64,000 nucleotides of DNA from contig JBAUMF010000093.1 in assembly GCA_049578545.1 (NCBI GenBank), positions 31,117 through 95,116 on the forward strand, read 5' to 3'. Under the pieces are notes generated by a model, which was not told the DNA's origin, did no database searches, and saw only the letters and a list, made by a program, of their open reading frames with translations. Source of the stretch: Thiobacillaceae bacterium. Lineage in GTDB: Bacteria > Pseudomonadota > Gammaproteobacteria > Burkholderiales > Thiobacillaceae. Position numbers and translations under genes: made by a program. This document shows, one piece after another, positions 48,181 through 57,286 of this stretch; positions within the stretch are counted from its first letter, which is position 1, and each line of letters begins with the position of its first letter.

Positions 48181-48666
48181 ATGAAAAAGATTAGAGTTTT
48201 GCTCCCACTGATGGCTGCGTTGTTCGTCGCTGTTCCCCAGATTTCCGTTGCGGCTCCTGGTGGCGGGCATGGTGGTGGTGGTTACCACGGTGGTGGTGGT
48301 TATCGCGGCGGTGGTGGTTATCACGGCGGTGGCGGCTATCACGGTGGTGGATATTATGGTGGACACTACTATGGTGGCGGGTACTTCCCCTGGTGGTGGA
48401 TTCTTCCTCCACTGATCTATCCATACTATGGTTATCCCGAGTATGCTTATCCTGACCCTCAGCCGGTCATCATTCAGCAGCCCGCACCTACTACGGTAGT
48501 TGTGCCGCCGCCAACAACAGTGGCACCCAGCCCCCAGGTTGCCATGCCGCAGCCGTCGCAATTCTGGTATTACTGCACGGACTCAAATGGCTATTATCCG
48601 TATGTCACGGATTGTCCAGGTGGCTGGAAGCAGGTGCCGAGCACGCCGCCGGGCGTGGCGCCGTAG
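48181..48666 (+). CDS. Secreted Gly/Tyr/His-rich paralogue of the 46967 protein
   Basis: AAGGAG RBS, signal peptide ...ISVA, (GGGGYH)n block, FPWWWILPPLIYPYYGYPEYAYPDP, a Pro-rich linker and WYYCTDSNGYYPYVTDCPGGWKQVPSTPPG. Confidence 0.7.
   Translation: MKKIRVLLPLMAALFVAVPQISVAAPGGGHGGGGYHGGGGYRGGGGYHGGGGYHGGGYYGGHYYGGGYFPWWWILPPLIYPYYGYPEYAYPDPQPVIIQQPAPTTVVVPPPTTVAPSPQVAMPQPSQFWYYCTDSNGYYPYVTDCPGGWKQVPSTPPGVAP
48259..48384 (+). repeat. In-frame tandem repeat (about eight 12-18-bp units) encoding GGGGY(H/R)
   Basis: ggtggtggtggttaccac / ggtggtggtggttatcgc / ggcggtggtggttatcac / ggcggtggcggctatcac ..., inside the 48181 gene. Confidence 0.8.
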
Positions 48667-48704
48667 AAGCTGCTGATTCCCGAACTGGTTTGGTTGCGTA
48701 ACGT

Positions 48705-48733
48705 GTGATCCATACATAAAGCGTATGGATCAC
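48705..48733 (+). terminator. 11-bp perfect hairpin downstream of the 48181 gene (no U-tract)
   Basis: GTGATCCATAC-ataaagc-GTATGGATCAC, 38 nt after the stop at 48666. It could be a terminator or a protein-binding palindrome. Confidence 0.35.
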
Positions 48734-48964
48734 GAGCGGCCAAAGCCAGCAAGGCCTGAGCTGTCAACGGGTGTCGATGGATGTTGGCGCTGTCGCAGTC
48801 GTCCCGCCGCCCTGTTTGTACTCCAGGGTTCTCAAGCGAATTTCACTCTTCTGAATTTCCTGACCGCCGGTTTGTTATTTGGCAACCCATCAACCAACAG
48901 GCAAGCAGCAGATCACCATGGACGGCCACAAGACGGTCAGCCCATACAGTTGGCAGAATCCCGC

Positions 48965-49294
48965 ATGACCGATCAACCAAACTCTGTCAGCTGGCGCCGC
49001 GAGGAGTTGCTCAGCCTGCTCTCCACTTCGGGAGCGTTGGCGGGTCTCTGCATTACGGTCGTCGCACTGATGAACACCTTCGACAAGACCAGAGCCTCTG
49101 TTTCCATCGTTGACGACATGTTTGGTGTTTGCGCAGCTGGCTTTCTGGGATGCATTTACCTCATATTCTGGGCGCTTCGTTCAGGCAAGGCCAGCATATC
49201 TGTGGTGTTGATCAAGGCGGTAGAGGGGGTGTTCCTGTTGGCAATAACGGCCATGACCATCGCTGCATTCATCATGATCTATACAATCTGGTAG
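48965..49294 (+). CDS. Hypothetical small membrane protein (3 TM)
   Basis: Only the C-terminal 109 codons of the 48725 ORF look protein-like (three hydrophobic helices). The start is placed at the ATG at 48965. No family recognised. Confidence 0.4.
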   Translation: MTDQPNSVSWRREELLSLLSTSGALAGLCITVVALMNTFDKTRASVSIVDDMFGVCAAGFLGCIYLIFWALRSGKASISVVLIKAVEGVFLLAITAMTIAAFIMIYTIW

Positions 49295-49648
49295 CGACCG
49301 GCTCGATGCCAGGCCGATTCACATTTATCTTGCATGACGCGTGGCGGGCGTAGGGATGCTGCAGGCCAGAGGATTTCATGACCAACCCGGATTCCGGATG
49401 GATCAATTTCACCGAGATCTCTCAAAGCGCCGCACGATAGGAATGAAGTCTTGCGCCGGCTTCACTCATGCTATAGCCTTCACCCTCGTGCTGTAAGGGC
49501 ACTGGGTGCGCCACGCATTCCCTGTTGTCTTCTCGCTGCTGGATCGATGTCAGGAAGACACATCGGGTGAAAAGCAAGGCCACTCATGCTCAATATTGAG
49601 ATGGCTCGTCATCATCCTGTCGACTGTCCGACCCCCAAGGGAAATACC

Positions 49649-50323
49649 ATGAAAAATTCGATTTTGGTCCTGGTTGCGCTTCTGTCGCTGGCAGGCTGTG
49701 CGACGCAACGTGCTGTGGACGACAAGGCAGCCGAGGCATCCGCCTGCCGGAAAGATCTTGATGCCTGCATGGCGGCGCGCAGGGAACTCCAGGCAACGCT
49801 CGACAAGGATACCGCGGCCTCGACCCAGCAGGCGGAGGCCATGAAGGCCATGGAAAGTGAGTTGCGCGACCGCCTAAAATCGGAGATTGCGGCCAAGGAT
49901 GTGGAGATCGAGCGGCTCCGTTCGCAGCTATCGGTGCGTGTGCTGGACAGAATCCTCTTCAGCACGGGCAGCGCTGACATCCTGCCCGCTGGCCTTCAGG
50001 TGCTGGACAAGGTGGCCGGGGTAGTCGGCGCAGGCAAGGAAACCATTCGGGTGGAGGGACATACGGACGACCTGCCCATCGGACAGGAGCTCAAGAAGAA
50101 ATATTTCTCCAACTGGGAGCTTTCCGGTGCCAGAGCATCCAGCGTTGTCCGCTACTTTCAATTTCGCCACGGTATTGACCCGACGCGCATGGAGGTCGTC
50201 GGGTTCTCGAAATACCGGTCAGTTGCACCAAACGACAGCGAGGCGGACCGGCAGCGCAACCGTCGTGTGGAAATCGTCCTGACCCCCTGGAAACCCGAGG
50301 CGGCGAATTCCCCATCACCATAG
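49649..50323 (+). CDS. OmpA-family lipoprotein with coiled-coil linker
   Basis: Lipobox LLSLAGC, a helical linker, and an OmpA-like domain VEGHTDDLPIG...NWELSGARASSVVRYF...NRRVEIV. Confidence 0.85.
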   Translation: MKNSILVLVALLSLAGCATQRAVDDKAAEASACRKDLDACMAARRELQATLDKDTAASTQQAEAMKAMESELRDRLKSEIAAKDVEIERLRSQLSVRVLDRILFSTGSADILPAGLQVLDKVAGVVGAGKETIRVEGHTDDLPIGQELKKKYFSNWELSGARASSVVRYFQFRHGIDPTRMEVVGFSKYRSVAPNDSEADRQRNRRVEIVLTPWKPEAANSPSP

Positions 50324-50719
50324 CCGGTCCTTGGCAAGGCAAGACGGCCATGGATCGGGCGTTTTGCGATGGCGATCATTCCGTCAGCACTGCCTTCACC
50401 ACTTTCAACCGTGAGCGCAGAAAATCCGCGCCCTTCGTCGCCCTGCGACGGCCCTCGCAGGAACCTTGTTTTCGCCGGCGATCGGGTTCGCCTTGGCGGG
50501 GGCAGTCTGCGCAAGTTCAACCTTGCCGACGATCGCCGATGGGCTCCGATGATTTCTGGGCCTTGACACGCGTGCGTGAATACCATTCTGCTCGCCCGAC
50601 CAGCTAACGGTGGGCGCCGGAAGACAATATTTTTTGCTTCCCGGGATCCCTGATTTAGTTATTTGTTTGCATTTTCAGCTAGGCTACATTCAATCTGGAT
50701 CGATTTAAGGAGTGCAATC

Positions 50720-51403
50720 ATGGAGGCGGTGACAACTGGTTTTGTGGCTTCGTCTGGAAGTGCCAAGGCTTCCGGCACGATGATCAACCTGCAAGGGTTT
50801 GCGTCGACGCCCCTGGTCCACGATCCGTACGATCACATGGTCGTGCAGGATTTCGTCAGGCCGGAGTGGCAACAGATCATTGCAAAAGATTTCCCGCAAA
50901 TTGACAAGGCAGGCAGTTTTCCGCTCGCCACGCTGAGTTATGGCCCCGAGTTTGCGAGATTTATCGCCGAGCTCGAAGGAGAAACATTCCGTCACTATGT
51001 CGAAGAAAAATTCGGCCTCGACCTGACCGGCCGGCCGACCATGGTGACCGTGCGGGGGCAGACTGATGAAACGGATGGTCGCATCCATACGGATAGTCGT
51101 ACCAAGATCATTACCATGCTGGTTTATTTCAATGAATCCTGGGCGAACCAGGGCGGCAAGCTGCGTCTGCTGCGCTCTGCTACAGACCTGGAGGATTACG
51201 CCGCAGAAGTCGAACCGCGCATCGGTACCCTGATCGCGTTTCGTCGGAGCGAAAATTCCTGGCATGGCCACCATCCATATGTCGGTCCGCGCCGCGCCAT
51301 CCAGCTCAACTGGGTGGTGAGTGATGCGGTCAAGCGCAGGGAGCAGAAGCGGCACAAGGTTTCTGCATTTTTCAAGAAGCTGTTCGGCGTCTACGCGGGA
51401 TAA
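50720..51403 (+). CDS. 2OG-Fe(II) oxygenase superfamily protein
   Basis: HxD in RIHTDSR, a distal His in NSWHGH and a double-stranded beta-helix pattern. AAGGAG RBS before the ATG at 50720. Confidence 0.7.
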   Translation: MEAVTTGFVASSGSAKASGTMINLQGFASTPLVHDPYDHMVVQDFVRPEWQQIIAKDFPQIDKAGSFPLATLSYGPEFARFIAELEGETFRHYVEEKFGLDLTGRPTMVTVRGQTDETDGRIHTDSRTKIITMLVYFNESWANQGGKLRLLRSATDLEDYAAEVEPRIGTLIAFRRSENSWHGHHPYVGPRRAIQLNWVVSDAVKRREQKRHKVSAFFKKLFGVYAG

Positions 51404-51439
51404 ATGCCGGCCAAGTTGAGGCCGCAGCAGACCGCGCGG

Positions 51440-52963
51440 TCAGTGTGCACCGCTACTCGCAACACTGATGCCATGTTTGGGCGGTCTGGCCAGCCAGACC
51501 AGAATCATCAGGGCGACAAAGAAGCAGCCTGACAGCCAGAAGATGTCGTTGGTGGCCAGCAGTACCGCCTGCTGGTTGATTATCTGTTCGAGCATGGCCG
51601 GGTCTGTTGCCGGGCTGGACAGGCTGCCAAGGTAATCGCTTGAGGCTGGATCGAAGGCCGAGATGTGCGTGGCCAGGATGCTGTGGTGATAGTCGCTGCG
51701 CCGGTCCCACAGGGTGATGCTCAGCGAGGTGCCGAAACTCCCGGCGAGAATGCGAAAGAAATTGGACAGGCCGGTAGCCCCTGGCAGCATCTGGGGTGGG
51801 ATGCCCGACAGCGTCAACGCGGTCAGCGGCACGAAAAAGGTGGCGACGCCGAACCCCATGAGCAGGCGCGGGATCACGATCTGCTGGAAGGTGACGTCGG
51901 TGTTGAAATGGCTGTTCCAGAACGACACCGCGGCAAACACGGCAAAGCTGAACGTGGCCCAGAAACGCAGGTCGATCTTGTGCATGTTCTTGCCCACGAA
52001 GGCGGACAGGAATATTGGCAGGATGCCGATGGGTGCCGCGGCCATCCCGGCCCAGGTCGCGGTATAGCCCATGTTGATTTGCAGCCATAAGGGCAGGATC
52101 ACCACGTTGCCGAAGAACACCAGATAGCCAAAACTGAGCATGACGGTGCCAACCAGGAAGTTGCGCTGGCTGAAGTAGTGAAGGTCCACGACCGGATGCC
52201 GGTCGGTCAGTTCCCAGATAACCAGAATGCTTAGCGCAAGCACCGAAACAACAGCCAGGGCTGCGATCGTATTCGATTCGAACCAGTCCAGTTCGTTGCC
52301 CTTGTCCAGCAATATCTGCAGCGCACCCACGCCCAGCACCAGCAGCACCAGTCCCACTTTGTCGATCGGCACCACCTGGGTCACGCTGGAACGCTTGCCG
52401 AGAATCGTCCAGGTCACGACGGCAGACAGCATGCCCACCGGCAGGTTGATGTAAAAGATCCACGGCCAGCTGATATTGTCGGTAATCCAGCCGCCCATGA
52501 TTGGGCCCAGGATGGGCGCGACGATCACCGTCATGGACCAGAGCGCCAATGCCAGGCCCTTCTTCTCTGGTGGATAGTTGTTCAGCAGCAGGCTTTGCGA
52601 CAAGGGGATCATGGGACCCGCCACCGCGCCTTGCAGCACGCGGGCGCTGATCAGCAGCGGCAGGCTGGGCGCCAGGCCACACACCAATGAGGCCAAGGTG
52701 AAGAGCAGGGTGGAAACGACAAACAGTCGTGCATCGCCGAAACGGCGAGACAGCCAGCCCGTCAAGGGCAAGGTGATGGCGTTGCTTACGGCAAAGGAGG
52801 TGATGACCCAGGTACCCTGATTCGGGCTCACGGCCAGGTCGCCCGATATCGCCGGCAGCGATACGTTGGCGATGGAGGTGTCCAGCACCTGCATGAAGGT
52901 GCCCAGGCTCAGCCCCAGGGTCAACAGGATAAGGGTGGGGCCGTGCAGGGGCTGGTGGTCCAT
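51440..52963 (-). CDS. emrB: DHA2-family MFS efflux permease (EmrB/QacA type, 14 TM)
   Basis: 507 aa. N-terminal LDTSIANVSLPAISGDL motif. Follows an EmrA-type adaptor. Confidence 0.85.
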   Translation of the reverse strand: MDHQPLHGPTLILLTLGLSLGTFMQVLDTSIANVSLPAISGDLAVSPNQGTWVITSFAVSNAITLPLTGWLSRRFGDARLFVVSTLLFTLASLVCGLAPSLPLLISARVLQGAVAGPMIPLSQSLLLNNYPPEKKGLALALWSMTVIVAPILGPIMGGWITDNISWPWIFYINLPVGMLSAVVTWTILGKRSSVTQVVPIDKVGLVLLVLGVGALQILLDKGNELDWFESNTIAALAVVSVLALSILVIWELTDRHPVVDLHYFSQRNFLVGTVMLSFGYLVFFGNVVILPLWLQINMGYTATWAGMAAAPIGILPIFLSAFVGKNMHKIDLRFWATFSFAVFAAVSFWNSHFNTDVTFQQIVIPRLLMGFGVATFFVPLTALTLSGIPPQMLPGATGLSNFFRILAGSFGTSLSITLWDRRSDYHHSILATHISAFDPASSDYLGSLSSPATDPAMLEQIINQQAVLLATNDIFWLSGCFFVALMILVWLARPPKHGISVASSGAH

Positions 52964-52972
52964 GCTCAGACC

Positions 52973-54115
52973 TCAGCCCTTGCGCAGCTTGTTTGCCTGC
53001 AGGATCGAGCGGATCAGTGCATCTGCGCCATTCGCGTTTTCCACGGGGGTTTCATAGCGCGTCATCGGAAGGTTCTCCGCTTTGCCCGCGACCCCGGTAT
53101 TCACTTCCACCTTCATCGACAGGCCGACGCGCAGGGGATGCTCAGTCAGCTCTTTCGGATCGAGAGCGATGCGAACCGGCAGGCGCTGGACGATCTTGAT
53201 CCAGTTGCCACTGGCATTCTGCGGCGGCAGCAGAGAGAAAACGCTTCCCGTTCCCGGCGACAGACCGGCCACCGTGCCGTGTAAAGTGACGCCGCCGCCG
53301 TAGAGGTCGGAGATCAGTTGAACGGGTTGGCCAACGGTCATTCCCTTCAGCTGGTCTTCCTTGAAATTGGCCTCCACCCACAGCTGGGTCATGGGCACGA
53401 TGGCCATGAGCGCCGTGCCGGAGGTGACCTGCTGACCGATCTGGATTGATCGCCGCGCCACCTGGCCGTCCGACGGCGCCCGGATCTCACACCGGTTCAG
53501 GGCCAGCCAGGCTTCACGCAGACGGGCCTCGGCCTGCTTCACGGCCGGGTGGGTTTCCACTGAGGTGCGGGCCACTTCGGCGTTTGAAGCCGCCAACTGG
53601 GCCACGGCCAGCTTCAGTTCAGACCTGGCCTTGTCACGCGTGATGCGCGCGTGGTCAGCTTCTTCCCTGGACACAGCCTGAGCGACGACTGCCTTTTCGC
53701 GACGTGCCAGGTCCGCTTCGGCCTGTTCGAGGTTGTGCCGCTGCACCGCAAGGTTCGCGGTCTGCTGGTCGCGGGATTCAAAGGTCTGGCTGATCCGGCG
53801 CACGGTCTCGCCCAAGTCCGCTTTGGCCTTGTCCAATGCAAGACGGGCGTCGGTCGGATCCAGTTTCACCAGCACCTGGCCCTGCTTCACGTGATCGGTA
53901 TCATCGGCCAGCACAGCCACTACCGTGCCCGAGATGCGTGGGGTAACCCGGATCAGATTGCCGGCCACATACGCATCGTCAGTGCTTTCATGATTGCGCC
54001 CATGGATGAACCAATGGATGCCCCATCCAAGACCCGCGGCGATGAAGATCAGACCCAGAATGGTCAGCAGGCGCTTGCGTTTGGCGGGGTTGGCTTCGGG
54101 AGTGTGGAGGGTCAT
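52973..54115 (-). CDS. emrA: HlyD-family efflux adaptor (EmrA type)
   Basis: Single N-terminal TM, a long coiled-coil hairpin and a beta-barrel C-terminus. Its start overlaps the OMF stop. Confidence 0.85.
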   Translation of the reverse strand: MTLHTPEANPAKRKRLLTILGLIFIAAGLGWGIHWFIHGRNHESTDDAYVAGNLIRVTPRISGTVVAVLADDTDHVKQGQVLVKLDPTDARLALDKAKADLGETVRRISQTFESRDQQTANLAVQRHNLEQAEADLARREKAVVAQAVSREEADHARITRDKARSELKLAVAQLAASNAEVARTSVETHPAVKQAEARLREAWLALNRCEIRAPSDGQVARRSIQIGQQVTSGTALMAIVPMTQLWVEANFKEDQLKGMTVGQPVQLISDLYGGGVTLHGTVAGLSPGTGSVFSLLPPQNASGNWIKIVQRLPVRIALDPKELTEHPLRVGLSMKVEVNTGVAGKAENLPMTRYETPVENANGADALIRSILQANKLRKG

Positions 54116-55536
54116 GGTGTCGGGTCCTTGCCATAGACGTCGCCACCCAGGGCTTTAAACAGTGCCACACGGGCACGCAGGCGGGCGGCCTGAGTTTCGA
54201 TGTCATTCAGCTGCTGGCCGCGTACGGCACTGTCCGCTTCCAGAGTGTCCAGCAGGCCGGCCAAGCCGAACTCCTGACGCTGCTGCGCGAGGGCATAGGT
54301 CTGCCGGGTTTCCTTCAGGGCATGTTGCAGGGCCAGGCTGCGACGCTCCAGGCTGGCAATCAGGGCATAGGCATCCACGGCCTGGCGTGCGGCCTCCAGA
54401 ATGGTGTGGTTGTATGTCGCCACGGCCGAGGCGTAATCCGCTTCCCGCATGCCCAGTTTTGCTCTCAAGGTATTGGTGTTGAAGATCGGCAGATGCAATG
54501 CGGGGCCGACCGAAGCGGACAGGCTGTTGGCATGCAGCAGCGTACCCAGGTCCAGAGTTTCCAGACCGACCATCAGGCGCAGGTCAAGGTTTGGATAGAA
54601 ATCTGCCTTCGCTGCGTCGCTTTGATCAGCCGTGGCCTCCACCCGACTGCGCAGGGCAGCCACGTCCGGACGATGCGCCAGCCAGCCCAGGGGGAGGTTG
54701 GCGGGCAGGTGCGGGAGGTGGGCATTAAGGCTGGGAGTGGGCAAATCCGCGGCATGGTCCGGGTCGGACCCGATCAACGCGCTCATGCGGTAGCGCCACG
54801 AACGATCCAGATACTCCAGCCCTTGAACCAGGTTCTCGTCCAGATCCAGCTTCATCCGGGCGTCGATCAGTGGCTGCGCGGAATCCAGGCCCAGATCGAA
54901 ACGGGCCTTGAGCAGATCATGTTCCCTGCGGTGATCCTGTTCCAGCTCGCGCGCCACGTTCAAACGCGTGCCGATATCGGCCCAGGCGAAATAGGCATCG
55001 GCAACGGCGGCGGCCACAGCCAGGCGGGCCGCTGCTGCCTCCTGCTGCTGTGCCTGAGTTTCGTTGCCCGCCGCTTTCACCAAAGCGCGGTTCCTGTCCC
55101 ACCAGTCCAGGTTGTACGAGGCGTTCTGGGTGATGTCGGTCTGGGTAAACGTGCTGCCACCGATCGGCGGCGGAAACAGGCCGTTCTCGCTATAGTGTTC
55201 GCGGACCATGGAGGCATCCGTTCCATAGTGCACCTGGGTGTCCAGACGGGCCAGACGCTCGGCCTGTTCAGCCATGCGCAGCCGGGCCTGGGCGGCTGCC
55301 AGGTCGGGGTGGTCCTTCAGCGCGGTTTCAATCAGGTGATCAAGGTCAGCCAGGCCGAAGGCCTGCCACCACTGTTCCGACTCGATTGGCTTGGCAGTCT
55401 GCTTGAAGCTGCTCGCCAACGCCTTTATCGTGGCATCGGCTTCAGGTGTCTTCAGCACCGGACGGGGCGGCAGGTCATGGGGCAATGACGCGCATCCGCT
55501 CAGGACCAACAGCAGGCCGGGCAGCAATCGCTTCAT
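54112..55536 (-). CDS. Efflux outer-membrane factor lipoprotein (NodT family)
   Basis: MKRLLPGLLLVLSGC lipobox and OEP repeats. Trimmed from 55626 to the ATG at 55536, which overlaps the MarR stop (ATGA). Confidence 0.85.
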   Translation of the reverse strand: MKRLLPGLLLVLSGCASLPHDLPPRPVLKTPEADATIKALASSFKQTAKPIESEQWWQAFGLADLDHLIETALKDHPDLAAAQARLRMAEQAERLARLDTQVHYGTDASMVREHYSENGLFPPPIGGSTFTQTDITQNASYNLDWWDRNRALVKAAGNETQAQQQEAAAARLAVAAAVADAYFAWADIGTRLNVARELEQDHRREHDLLKARFDLGLDSAQPLIDARMKLDLDENLVQGLEYLDRSWRYRMSALIGSDPDHAADLPTPSLNAHLPHLPANLPLGWLAHRPDVAALRSRVEATADQSDAAKADFYPNLDLRLMVGLETLDLGTLLHANSLSASVGPALHLPIFNTNTLRAKLGMREADYASAVATYNHTILEAARQAVDAYALIASLERRSLALQHALKETRQTYALAQQRQEFGLAGLLDTLEADSAVRGQQLNDIETQAARLRARVALFKALGGDVYGKDPTP

Positions 55537-56063
55537 GATGGCTCCCTGAATTGGCTTAGTCCCGCCAGCATCTTTCGCAGCAGGCGATCGAATTCCGCCA
55601 CCTCTGCGGGGCTGAAATCGGCCCACTGCTGCTCGATCAGCTTCCAGATTACCGGCAGCACTTTCAGGATCAGCTTGTGGCCGGCTTTGGTCAGCGACAA
55701 GTCCACCCGGCGCCGGTCTTCCGTGCTCGGCTTGCGGCCGACCCAGCCGGCGTTGACCAGTTCATCAGTCAGGCGCGTTACGTTGGTGGGGGAGGCAATC
55801 AGGGCACCGCTCAGATGGCTGGGATTAAGCCGGTTGTCCTCGCTGCTGAGCAGCATGGCGAGCGCGAGAAAGGATGAACTGTTTAGACCGAACTCGGCAA
55901 GGTGCCGGTTGTAGACCTCGTCCAGTTCACTGAAGACGAAGAAAAACAGGCGGTTGAGCACGACCCGATCCTGCGGCATGCCGGGAAGCTGGCGGGCGAT
56001 GAGGTCGATGCCTTGTTCGAAAAAGGAGAAATCCTGGTTCATGCCGATGACTGGGGGTCGCAT
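55533..56063 (-). CDS. MarR-family transcriptional regulator (EmrR-like position)
   Basis: Winged-helix MarR pattern (LNSSSFLALAMLL...PTNVTRLTDELVNAGWVGRKPSTEDRRRVDLSLT). First gene of the efflux operon. An alternative start is at 56042. Confidence 0.8.
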   Translation of the reverse strand: MRPPVIGMNQDFSFFEQGIDLIARQLPGMPQDRVVLNRLFFFVFSELDEVYNRHLAEFGLNSSSFLALAMLLSSEDNRLNPSHLSGALIASPTNVTRLTDELVNAGWVGRKPSTEDRRRVDLSLTKAGHKLILKVLPVIWKLIEQQWADFSPAEVAEFDRLLRKMLAGLSQFREPS

Positions 56064-56080
56064 GAGATATCATAACATTG

Positions 56081-56107
56081 GTAATTATTACATTCGTAAT
56101 TATTTAG
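56081..56107. promoter_or_regulatory. Candidate MarR operator
   Basis: Palindrome GTAAT-T-ATTAC (56081-56091), followed by a second GTAATTATT (56096-56104). It lies in the AT-rich divergent spacer between marR and the ybhG-like gene. Confidence 0.3.
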
Positions 56108-56254
56108 TATCTTGGTATGCAAAGCAATATGAAATCTGGCAAAGCGTTGGGAAAAATAAGCGGAATGCGTCCCGTGCGAATTCGCAAAGCTTTCCCGCGA
56201 CTGGTCCAGCAGAATTGATTAACATACAAAAGGGGCAAACGTGAAGGACGTGAC

Positions 56255-57286
56255 TTGAAAAACAAAATTATTCCGATCATCGCCATCGTCGTTGTTGTTC
56301 TCGTGGCCGGGATCGGGTGGCTCCGTCACGACGGCAAGACGGTGCAAACCGATCTGACCCTGCACGGCAACGTGGACATCCGCCAGGTGGAACTGGCCTT
56401 CAACGCCAGCGGCCGCATCGACCAGATACTGGTGCGGGAAGGCGACCGGGTGAAGCAGGGGCAGCTGCTGGCCGTTCTGGATACCGAGCGGCTGCGCCGC
56501 ACCAAGGCTCAGGCAGAGGCCGAGGTTGCGGTGCAACACCAGGTGGTTGCCCGCTATCTGGCCGGTTCCCGGCCCGAGGAAATCGCCCAGGCCCGGGCCC
56601 AGCGGAACGCCGCCAAGGTGGCGGTGGCGGACGCCCAGGCCTCCTATCAGCGCCAGGTAGATCTGGTGGCCCGGCACTTCGTATCCCAGCAGCAGGCGGA
56701 CAGCGCGAAATTCGCCCTGGACAGGGCGCGGGCCGATCTGCAGGCGAGCGAAGACGCCCTGCGTCTGGTGGAACTGGGACCGCGCAAGGAGGACATTGCG
56801 GCGGCCAAGGCCACCCTGGCGGCCAACGAGGCGGCGCTGGCCGTGACCCAGCGCGATATCCAGGAAGGCGAGTTGCGTGCCCCCTCCGACGGCATCATCC
56901 AGAACCGGGTGCTGGAACCGGGGGATATGGCCTCGCCGACCAAATCCGTCTTTACCCTGGCCCTGGTCGATCCGGTCTGGGTGCGAGTCTGGCTGCCGGA
57001 AACCTATCTGGGCCGGGTGCCCATCGGGGCCGGGGCCACGGTCAGCACCGACAGCCATCCGGACAAGCATTACCGCGCCTGGGTGGGTTATGTCTCCCCC
57101 GGCGCCGAGTTCACGCCCAAGTCGGTGGAGACCACCGAGATTCGCTCCAGCCTTGTGTATCAGACCCGCATCTTCGTCTGCGAGGGTGGCGATGAACTGC
57201 GCATGGGCATGCCCGCCGACGTGAGCATTTCCCTGGATCAACCCGCCCCGGCGCCGGGGGCCAATCCCTGCAAAGACGCCAGGTGA
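56255..57286 (+). CDS. HlyD-family secretion adaptor (YbhG-like)
   Basis: N-terminal TM, coiled-coil and beta-barrel. Heads an ABC-2 exporter operon. TTG start as in the ORF track. Confidence 0.85.
   Translation: MKNKIIPIIAIVVVVLVAGIGWLRHDGKTVQTDLTLHGNVDIRQVELAFNASGRIDQILVREGDRVKQGQLLAVLDTERLRRTKAQAEAEVAVQHQVVARYLAGSRPEEIAQARAQRNAAKVAVADAQASYQRQVDLVARHFVSQQQADSAKFALDRARADLQASEDALRLVELGPRKEDIAAAKATLAANEAALAVTQRDIQEGELRAPSDGIIQNRVLEPGDMASPTKSVFTLALVDPVWVRVWLPETYLGRVPIGAGATVSTDSHPDKHYRAWVGYVSPGAEFTPKSVETTEIRSSLVYQTRIFVCEGGDELRMGMPADVSISLDQPAPAPGANPCKDAR

Noticed and set aside
48725-48964. N-terminal 80 codons of the 189-aa ORF at 48725-49294.
   Set aside because: The proposed ATG lies inside the right arm of the 11-bp perfect hairpin (48705-48733). 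The first 80 residues are Arg/Pro/Cys-rich and not protein-like. Only the hydrophobic C-terminal 109 codons were kept, and at low confidence.
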